From Kineococcus radiotolerans SRS30216 = ATCC BAA-149 (GTDB lineage: Bacteria; Actinomycetota; Actinomycetes; Actinomycetales; Kineococcaceae), in NCBI RefSeq assembly GCF_000017305.1, contig NC_009664.2:3600001-3632000 (forward strand): a stretch of DNA of 32,000 bases, in the 5' to 3' direction. A model generated the notes under the pieces. It saw nothing but the letters and a program-made list of their open reading frames with translations, had not been told where the DNA came from and made no database searches. Below are positions 20,281-26,419 of this stretch, one piece after another. Every line of letters starts with the position of its first letter. The first letter of the stretch is position 1. The position numbers and the translations under genes are program-made.

Positions 20281-22170
20281 GTGGCGGGGCGCATCCATCC
20301 AGACGATCTGCAGGCGGTCAAGGAGCGGGTCCGGCTCGACGAGGTGGTGGGGGAGCAGGTCGCCCTGCGCTCCGGCGGGGTCGGTTCCTTCAAGGGGCTC
20401 TGCCCCTTCCACGACGAGCGCACCCCCAGCTTCACCGTCCGTCCCGTCACCGGGCGCTGGCGCTGCTTCGGCTGCGGGGAGTCCGGGGACGCCATCGAGT
20501 TCGTCATGCGCATCGACGGCCTCGGCTTCGCCGACGCCGTGGAGCGCCTGGCCCAGCGGGCCGGGGTGCAGCTGCGCTACGTCGACGACGGCGGCCGCAG
20601 CACCCAGCGCCCGGCCAGCGACGCCGGGCAGCGGCAGCGGCTGCTGGAGATGCACCGGGTCGCGGAGGAGTTCTACGGGCAGCAGCTGGCCGCGCCCGGC
20701 CCGGCCGAGACCGCCCGGGGGTTCCTCGCCGAGCGGGGGTTCAGCCGCGAGGACGCCGCGCGCTTCGGGGTGGGGTTCGCCCCCAACACCGGCGACGCGC
20801 TGCTGCGGCAGCTGCGCGCCAAGGGTTTCGGCGAGGAGGAGCTGGTCACCTCCGGGCTGGCCGGGCAGGGTCAGCGCGGTCTCTACGACCGGTTCCGCGG
20901 GCGCCTGGTGTGGCCGATCCGCGACGTCGGCGGGCACACCGTGGCCTTCGGGGCGCGCCGGCTGTTCGACGACGACCGCATCGAGGCGAAGTACCTGAAC
21001 TCCCCCGAGACCCCCGTCTACAAGAAGTCCCAGGCGCTGTACGGGCTGGACCTGGCCAAGCGCGAGATCTCGCGCACCAAGCGGGTCGTCGTCGTCGAGG
21101 GCTACACCGACGTCATGGCCTGCCACCTCTCCGGGGTGGGGACGGCCGTCGCGACCTGCGGGACGGCGTTCGGGGAGGACCACGCCCGGATCGTGCAGCG
21201 GATGCTGGGGGAGGCCGACGGGTCCGCGGAGGTCGTGTTCACCTTCGACGGCGACGCCGCGGGGCAGAAGGCCGCCCTGAAGGCCTACGAGCTCGACCAG
21301 CGGTTCAGCGCCCAGACCTACGTCGCGGTCGCCCCCGCCGGGCAGGACCCCTGCGAACTGCGGCTGTCGGCCGGGGAGGCGGCGGTGGCGCAGCTGGTCG
21401 AGGGCCGGGTGCCGCTGTTCGAGTTCGCCATCCGCTCCACCATCGAGCGGTTCGACCTGAACTCCGACGCGGGCCGGCTCGCCGCGCTCGACGCGGCCGC
21501 CCCCATCGTCGGGGCCATCCGCGACCGCGGTCTACAGCAGCGCTACGCCATCAACCTCGACCGCTGGACGGGGTTCCTCGACGAGCGGTTCGTCCTGGAC
21601 CGGGTGCGGGCGCACTCCGGCGCCCGGCCCGCGCAGCAGCCCGGCCGCCCCGCCGCGGCCGTGGCGCCGGCCCCGCCCCGGCTGCCCGCCGCCGATCCGC
21701 GCGACCCCGTCGCCCAGCTGGAGCGGCAGGTCCTGTCCTGCGTCCTGCAGGCCCCCTGGGCCGTGGCCGACGTCTTCGACTCCCTGGAGGCCGACGCGTT
21801 CGGCGCCCCCGGGCACCGGGCCGTGCACGACGCCGTCACCGCCGCCGGCGGCCCGGGGGAGGCGCCGCAGGGCCCGGCGTGGCTGGCGCGCGTCCTCGAC
21901 TACGCCGACGGCCCCGTCGCGGGGCTCGTCGACGAGCTGGCGGCCAGCGACCTGCCGGTGTCCAACGAGGAGGAGCTCGAGCGCTGGGGGCGCCAGCTCG
22001 TCGCCGCCCTCGTCGGGCAGTCGGCGACCCGCGCGGTCGCCGACGCCCGCCGCACCCTGCAGCGGCTGGACCCCACCAGCCAGGCCGAGGAGTACGCAGC
22101 CGTCTCGGCGGAGCTGTTCCGGCTGGAGGCCGCCCGGCGGACCTGGCAGGAGCGGGCCCAGGGCGCCTGA
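20281..22170 (+). CDS. dnaG: DNA primase
   Basis: VAGRIHPDDLQAVKERV, zinc ribbon CPFHDERTPSFTV..CFGCGESGD, and TOPRIM VVVEGYTDVMA..FDGDAAG. GTG 20281 lies in the frame of track ORF 19993..22170. Confidence 0.95.
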   Translation: MAGRIHPDDLQAVKERVRLDEVVGEQVALRSGGVGSFKGLCPFHDERTPSFTVRPVTGRWRCFGCGESGDAIEFVMRIDGLGFADAVERLAQRAGVQLRYVDDGGRSTQRPASDAGQRQRLLEMHRVAEEFYGQQLAAPGPAETARGFLAERGFSREDAARFGVGFAPNTGDALLRQLRAKGFGEEELVTSGLAGQGQRGLYDRFRGRLVWPIRDVGGHTVAFGARRLFDDDRIEAKYLNSPETPVYKKSQALYGLDLAKREISRTKRVVVVEGYTDVMACHLSGVGTAVATCGTAFGEDHARIVQRMLGEADGSAEVVFTFDGDAAGQKAALKAYELDQRFSAQTYVAVAPAGQDPCELRLSAGEAAVAQLVEGRVPLFEFAIRSTIERFDLNSDAGRLAALDAAAPIVGAIRDRGLQQRYAINLDRWTGFLDERFVLDRVRAHSGARPAQQPGRPAAAVAPAPPRLPAADPRDPVAQLERQVLSCVLQAPWAVADVFDSLEADAFGAPGHRAVHDAVTAAGGPGEAPQGPAWLARVLDYADGPVAGLVDELAASDLPVSNEEELERWGRQLVAALVGQSATRAVADARRTLQRLDPTSQAEEYAAVSAELFRLEAARRTWQERAQGA

Positions 22171-22287
22171 GCAGCCGCCGCCCGCCGCGCGCGCCCCGGC
22201 GCGGCCGCCGGGTGCGCGGAGCGGTCCGCGGGGCTGGTACGGTTGGACAGTCGTGACCGAGGGGTGACCCGAGGGAACGAGAAGTGG

Positions 22288-22360
22288 TCCCGCATAGCTC
22301 AATTGGCAGAGCAGCCGGCTGTTAACCGGCAGGTTGTTGGTTCGAGTCCAACTGCGGGAG
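22288..22360 (+). tRNA. tRNA-Asn (anticodon GTT)
   Basis: A cloverleaf can be drawn: acceptor TCCCGCA/TGCGGGA, D-arm AGCTCAATTGGCAGAGC, anticodon loop CT-GTT-AA, T-arm GTTGG-TTCGAGT-CCAAC, discriminator G. No CCA is encoded. Confidence 0.9.
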
Positions 22361-22365
22361 CATCC

Positions 22366-22399
22366 ACCGAGGGGCGTGCCGAGCGGCACGCCCCTCGGT
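22366..22399 (+). terminator. hairpin immediately after tRNA-Asn
   Basis: A 15-bp perfect stem (ACCGAGGGGCGTGCC / GGCACGCCCCTCGGT) with loop GAGC. Confidence 0.55.
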
Positions 22400-22479
22400 C
22401 GTTCCCGGGCCGGGCCGCGTCTCCGCGGCCGGGACGACCCCGCCGTGCGCGCCCGGCGGGCGGGAGCGACGATGGGGAC

Positions 22480-23190
22480 GTGCTGCTGCGACTCCCCGGT
22501 ACCTACCCCGCGCAGGGGGACACCCACCTCCTGACCCGCACCCTGGTCGAGCTCGACCTGGCCCGGGGGCGCGACGTGCTCGACGTGTGCACCGGCGGCG
22601 GGGCCGTGGCCCTGGCCGCGGCGCGCGCCGGGGCCCGCACGGTGACGGCCGTCGACCTCTCCCACCGGGCCGTGCTGACCGCGCGGGCCAACGCCCGGCT
22701 GGCCCGGGTGCGCGTGCAGGTGCGCCGCGGCGACCTCTTCGAGCCGGTCCGGGACCGGCGCTTCGGCCTCGTCCTCGCCAACCCGCCCTACGTCCCGGCC
22801 GCGACCGACCGGCTGCCGCGCCACCGCCCCGGGCGCTCCTGGGACGGCGGGATCGACGGCCGCGCCGTCCTGGACCGGATCTGCGAGGGCGTGGCCGGGG
22901 TCCTGACCCCCGGTGGCCGCTTCCTGCTGACCCAGTCGACGCTCGCCGGGGAGGAGCCCACCCTCACCCGGCTCGCGGAGAACGGGTTCTCGGCCGCGGT
23001 GGTCGCACGCGCGCCCGAGCCCTTCGGGCCGGTCATGCGCCGGCGCGAGGCCATGCTGCGCGAGCGCGGCCTGCTCGGCCCCGGCCAGGAGCACGAGGAA
23101 CTGGTGGTCATCGAGGCCCGGCTCCCCGTCGTCCTGCCCTCCGTCGCCGAGCAGTGCGGGAGAGCGGAGGGTTTCGGCAGTGTCGTCTGA
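22480..23190 (+). CDS. HemK/PrmC-MTQ2-like SAM-dependent methyltransferase (NPPY class)
   Basis: VLDVCTGGGAVALAAA (SAM motif I) and LVLANPPYVP (NPPY). The N-terminus LLRLPGTYPAQGDTHLL is typical of this family as I recall it. The GTG 22480 start is provisional. Confidence 0.75.
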   Translation: MLLRLPGTYPAQGDTHLLTRTLVELDLARGRDVLDVCTGGGAVALAAARAGARTVTAVDLSHRAVLTARANARLARVRVQVRRGDLFEPVRDRRFGLVLANPPYVPAATDRLPRHRPGRSWDGGIDGRAVLDRICEGVAGVLTPGGRFLLTQSTLAGEEPTLTRLAENGFSAAVVARAPEPFGPVMRRREAMLRERGLLGPGQEHEELVVIEARLPVVLPSVAEQCGRAEGFGSVV

Positions 23191-23404
23191 ACCCCGCCAG
23201 CGCGTCGTCATCACCGGCGACGGGCCCCACCTCGTCGAGGGACCCGTGGAGATCGTCCTGCCCGACGGGAGCCGGACGGTCTCCGAGCGCCCCGTGACGG
23301 CGCTGTGCGTCTGCTACCGCAGCACCTTGTACCCCATCTGCGACACCAGCCACCGGCGCCGTCGGCGCCCCACCCGCCCCGAGACCCCGGAGGAACCGTC
23401 GTGA
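23180..23404 (+). CDS. CDGSH-type iron-sulfur domain protein (variant CDTSH)
   Basis: 74 aa. VVITGDGPHLVEGPVEIVLPDG then ALCVCYRSTLYPICDTSH, which is C-x-C-x2-S-x3-P-x-C-D-x-S-H (3Cys-1His). The start overlaps the upstream gene by 11 nt. Confidence 0.75.
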   Translation: MSSEPRQRVVITGDGPHLVEGPVEIVLPDGSRTVSERPVTALCVCYRSTLYPICDTSHRRRRRPTRPETPEEPS

Positions 23405-24414
23405 CCGACACCTTGCCCGACGTGAGCACCGCCCCCGCCCTGCCCCGGGCCCGGGGACCGCTCAGCGAGGCGGTGCTGTCGCGCCTGCGCGGGGGTGCCC
23501 TCCCCGTCGTGGACGTGGCCGGTGCGGACCCGTGGGGCGAGGACCTCCAGCTGGCCCTCTACACCTGCTACGAACTGCACTACCGCGGTTTCGCCGGCGT
23601 CGACGACGACCTCGAGTGGGACCCCGCCCTCCTCGGCCTGCGCGCCGGGCTGGAACGGGAGTTCGCCGCCGCGGTGCGGGCCGCGGTCCCCGGCGGGGAC
23701 GACCTGGCCGGGGAGATCGCGGCCCTCGTCGCCGCCGACGACGGCGAGGGCGGCGTCTCGCACCACCTGCGCGAGACCGGCGAACCGTGGCAGTTCCGCG
23801 AGTACATCGCGATGCGCTCGGTCTACCACCTGAAGGAGGCCGACCCGCAGGCGTGGGTCATCCCCCGCCTGGAGGGGGCGGCGAAGGCGGCCCTGGTCAC
23901 GGTGGAGCACGACGAGTACGGCGCCGGCCGCGGGGAACGCATGCACGCGCGCCTCTTCGGCGACATGATGCTCGAACTCGGCCTCAGCGACGCCTACGGC
24001 GCCTACCTCGACCACGCCCCGGCCGAGGTGCTCGCCGAGGTGAACCTGATGTCGATGTTCGGGTTGCACCGCAAGCTCCGCGGGGCCCTCGTCGGGCAGT
24101 TCGCCGTCGTGGAACTCACGTCCTCCCCGGGGTCGAAGCGGCTCGTCGACGCCGCCCGCCGCCTGGACCTCGGACCCGCCACCGAGCACTTCTACGCCGA
24201 GCACGTCGAGGCCGACGCCGTCCACGAGCAGGTCGTGCGGCACGGCATCATCGAACCCCTCGTCGCGGAGGACCCGGCGATGGCCGCCGACGTGGTGTTC
24301 GGGATGCAGGCCGCGACCGCCCTCGACGAACGGCTCGGACGCCACCTCATGGCCACCTGGGCCGAGCGGCGCTCCGCGCTGCTGGTCCCCCTCGACGCGG
24401 ACGCGCACCGGTAG
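23401..24414 (+). CDS. heme-oxygenase-like diiron (iron-containing redox enzyme) family protein
   Basis: 337 aa. VEHDEYGAGRGERMHARLFGDMMLELGL, FAVVELTSS and YAEHVEADAVHEQ (H-x3-D-x2-H) match the ligand spacing of HDO/CADD-type diiron sites. The GTG start shares GTGA with the CDGSH stop. Confidence 0.7.
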   Translation: MTDTLPDVSTAPALPRARGPLSEAVLSRLRGGALPVVDVAGADPWGEDLQLALYTCYELHYRGFAGVDDDLEWDPALLGLRAGLEREFAAAVRAAVPGGDDLAGEIAALVAADDGEGGVSHHLRETGEPWQFREYIAMRSVYHLKEADPQAWVIPRLEGAAKAALVTVEHDEYGAGRGERMHARLFGDMMLELGLSDAYGAYLDHAPAEVLAEVNLMSMFGLHRKLRGALVGQFAVVELTSSPGSKRLVDAARRLDLGPATEHFYAEHVEADAVHEQVVRHGIIEPLVAEDPAMAADVVFGMQAATALDERLGRHLMATWAERRSALLVPLDADAHR

Positions 24415-24427
24415 GCTCCGCCCGCAG

Positions 24428-24456
24428 GCCGCCCCGCGGGTCCGAACCGCGGCGGC
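24428..24456 (+). terminator. bulged hairpin after the diiron-enzyme gene
   Basis: GCCG-CC-CCGCGG gtccgaa CCGCGG-CGGC, i.e. 6 + 4 bp with a 2-nt bulge. It lies between the stop (24414) and the tRNA (24463). Confidence 0.4.
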
Positions 24457-24462
24457 GTCCCC

Positions 24463-24536
24463 GGGGCGGTAGCTCAGTCGGTCAGAGCAGGGAACTCATA
24501 ATTCCTCGGTCGTGGGTTCGAGCCCCACCCGCCCCA
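24463..24536 (+). tRNA. tRNA with CAT anticodon: elongator tRNA-Met or lysidine-type tRNA-Ile2
   Basis: Acceptor GGGGCGG/CCGCCCC with a G1-C72 pair (so not an initiator), D-arm AGCTCAGTCGGTCAGAGC, anticodon loop CT-CAT-AA, T-arm GTGGG-TTCGAGC-CCCAC, discriminator A. Confidence 0.85.
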
Positions 24537-24645
24537 CGAACGTCCCCCGGGCCACACCCCACCACGTCCCCGACGGCCTCCTGGAGCACCGCGTCGGTCC
24601 GCGACGCGATCGAACTCGTCCTCGCCGAGCCGTCCCGCTCGCGGT

Positions 24646-24665
24646 GCCGGACCGGGCCGTCCGGC
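24646..24665 (-). terminator. short hairpin after the last small ORF
   Basis: GCCGGAC cgggcc GTCCGGC (7-bp stem), 4 nt beyond the stop at 24670. Confidence 0.35.
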
Positions 24666-24669
24666 GAGG

Positions 24670-25062
24670 TCAGCCCCGGTCCTCCTGCTCCCGCGCGAGG
24701 ATCCTCAGGCCGACGTCGTGGGCCTCGTCGGCGGCGGCCAGGCTCGCCCGCAGCGCGGCCTCCGCGGCCGCCACCTCCTCCAGGGCCGCCTGCGCACCGG
24801 CGGCCACGTGGGCCAGCCCCAGCGCCTCGGCCTTCTCCTTCAGCTCGACCATCTGCCGCACCAGCGCCGCGCGCCGGGGATCGTCGAGATCGGCCTGACC
24901 GCCGGCGCTGCCGGCCTTCGCCTCCCGCAGGACGCGCTGGAGGTGCTCCCGGGTCGGCTCGCCGCTCACCGTCCGATGCTCGCAGTTCGGCGCTCGCACG
25001 TCCTGCTGCGGAGGCTCGGGCGCCGAGACGCACGTCCCACCCGCCCCGTCGTCGCACCGCAC
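24670..25062 (-). CDS. hypothetical protein: Cys-rich N-terminus plus an Ala/Glu-rich predicted coiled coil
   Basis: GC3 is very high in this frame. GTG 25062 is preceded by GGAGGAGG with a 6-nt spacer. The translation is VRCDDGAGGTCVSAPEPPQQDVRAPNCEH.. then LVRQMVELKEKAEALGLAHVAAGAQAALEEVAAAEAALRASL. I recognise no family. Confidence 0.5.
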   Translation of the reverse strand: MRCDDGAGGTCVSAPEPPQQDVRAPNCEHRTVSGEPTREHLQRVLREAKAGSAGGQADLDDPRRAALVRQMVELKEKAEALGLAHVAAGAQAALEEVAAAEAALRASLAAADEAHDVGLRILAREQEDRG

Positions 25063-25106
25063 CGGCGGCCTCCTCCGGCGGCGGGAGAGCGACGACCGGC
25101 TCCGGC

Positions 25107-25451
25107 TCAGCCGATCACGGCCCACTCGGGCCGGAAGTCGTCGTGCTGGCGGTACTCGCTGGCCATGACCCGCAGCAGGAACCAGGCCGTGTCGTCGATC
25201 GGCGACGTGTTGTGGACGTCGAACAGGGCCCGGCGGACGGCGAGACCGCGGACGACGGAGGCCGGGTCGTGGCGGGCGACGTGCCGCCCGACGGCGTCGG
25301 CCCCCTCCTCGACCCGGGCGACGGGCCCGGCCTCGTCGAGGACCGCGCCGCCCTCGAAGCGCCACGCTCCCGGTGCGAGGCTCCGGGCGGCGTCCTCGTC
25401 GGCGTCGTAGCGGGCGCGGATGAAGGGGACGATGTCCTCGCGGTTGCTCAC
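25107..25451 (-). CDS. DUF6221-like hypothetical protein
   Basis: IVPFIRARYDADEDAAR.., HVARHDPASVVRGLAVRRALFD and YRQHDDFRPEW follow the pattern I associate with DUF6221 (actinobacterial/actinophage small proteins). The assignment is from memory. Confidence 0.65.
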   Translation of the reverse strand: MSNREDIVPFIRARYDADEDAARSLAPGAWRFEGGAVLDEAGPVARVEEGADAVGRHVARHDPASVVRGLAVRRALFDVHNTSPIDDTAWFLLRVMASEYRQHDDFRPEWAVIG

Positions 25452-25514
25452 GTCGCCACCCTCGCAGGTCCGCCGCGCCGCGCACCCCGCGCGGCCGTCA
25501 CCGCAACGCGGTCG

Positions 25515-25685
25515 TCACCAGAGCTTGCCCCGCCAGCTCAGGCCCTTCCCCAAGCGCACGCTCACCCGGCCCGTGGTGGACACCGTCGCGCGGCCGAGCC
25601 GCTTGGTGAGGCTCACGCCCGACCTCCCGGCGTTCAGCCGCAGGCCCCTGCCCAGTGCCTTGGACCAGCGGAACGAGAACGGCAC
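25515..25685 (-). CDS. DUF4236-like small protein (56 aa)
   Basis: VPFSFRWSKALGRGLRLNAGRSGVSLTKRLGRATVSTTGRVSVRLGKGLSW resembles the DUF4236 repeat pattern (F-R-F-R-K-S-x-K-x-G-x-G-x-R-x-N-x-S..G.S). GGAGGA lies 7 nt upstream of GTG 25685. An alternative GTG at 25748 would add 21 codons. Confidence 0.6.
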   Translation of the reverse strand: MPFSFRWSKALGRGLRLNAGRSGVSLTKRLGRATVSTTGRVSVRLGKGLSWRGKLW

Positions 25686-25789
25686 CCTGTGCTCCTCCGT
25701 CGAGTCGATCGTGCCCGTCGCGGCGGCGGACGCGCGAGCGCTCACCACCTGCCCGGCCAACGCGCACCGCGGACCCGCCGTTCCGGGGG

Positions 25790-25993
25790 TCAGCGGGAGG
25801 CTCGGCCCCGCAGGACCTCCAGCAGGCGGGCGCGGGGCGTGCCGCGGTCCACCGGACGCGGCGGGCACCCCGGCGTCGACGCGCGCGCCACGCTGCGCCG
25901 CACCGCGGGGGAGCCGGTGCCACCGGGGAGGGGGGACGGCCGGTCCCCGGCGGAGGACGGCCGGCGCGGGGCCGTGTCGAGACGCGGGGACAT
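25790..25993 (-). CDS. doubtful Pro/Arg-rich hypothetical ORF (67 aa)
   Basis: This is the frame with the highest GC3 in the interval, but GC at codon position 2 is also unusually high and the sequence is low-complexity. An alternative ATG lies at 26059. No family was recognised. Confidence 0.25.
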   Translation of the reverse strand: MSPRLDTAPRRPSSAGDRPSPLPGGTGSPAVRRSVARASTPGCPPRPVDRGTPRARLLEVLRGRASR

Positions 25994-26109
25994 GGGAGAC
26001 CTCTCGGGCGGGAGCGGGATCGGCGCCGTCGCGGGGCGCGAGCGGCGTCCTCCAGTCATCGGGGCGCGGGCGGTGCGACGACATCGCCTGGACGGGTGAG
26101 GTGCCCGGA

Positions 26110-26370
26110 TCAGCTCGCGCGGCCCATCGCGGCGAGCAGCTGGGGCAGGGTCGGGGCGCCGCTGGCGCGGAAGACCTCCGTGCCGTCCTCGGTGCGGACC
26201 ACGACCGTGGGTGTGCTGAGGACCCCCGCGGCCTCGGCCCGCGAGGTGTCGGCGGCGACGTCGACCTCCTCCACCCGGGCGCGCGGGACGAGGCGGGAGG
26301 CCTCGCCCAGGACGGCCCGGGCCGCGCGGCACGGACCGCAGAAGGCGGAGGAGAACAGCTCGACGATCAC
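26110..26370 (-). CDS. small thioredoxin-fold protein (FCGPC active site)
   Basis: VIVELFSSAFCGPCRAARAVL..LSTPTVVV..G, 86 aa, with near-saturated GC3. The start is GTG 26370, within the frame of track ORF 26110..26640. Confidence 0.7.
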   Translation of the reverse strand: MIVELFSSAFCGPCRAARAVLGEASRLVPRARVEEVDVAADTSRAEAAGVLSTPTVVVRTEDGTEVFRASGAPTLPQLLAAMGRAS

Positions 26371-26419
26371 CCCCGTCCCAACGCCCGCGGCCGGCGGGAG
26401 CTTCCGCGCGGGCGGTGGC

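Noticed and set aside
18271-22256. 970-aa ORF 18271..21183 (-) and 1082-aa ORF 19008..22256 (+)
   Set aside because: In the first, only the last 199 codons (the CoA-binding protein) are real; the rest runs out of frame through metY and antisense to dnaG. The second is a shadow frame of metY (antisense) and dnaG.
25036-25047. 12-nt repeat of the CAT-tRNA 3' end (CCCACCCGCCCC, also at 24524-24535) as a possible att site of an integrated element
   Set aside because: A 12-mer this GC-rich is expected by chance in a window like this. It lies inside a well-supported CDS, would delimit only about 500 bp, and no integrase or excisionase is present.
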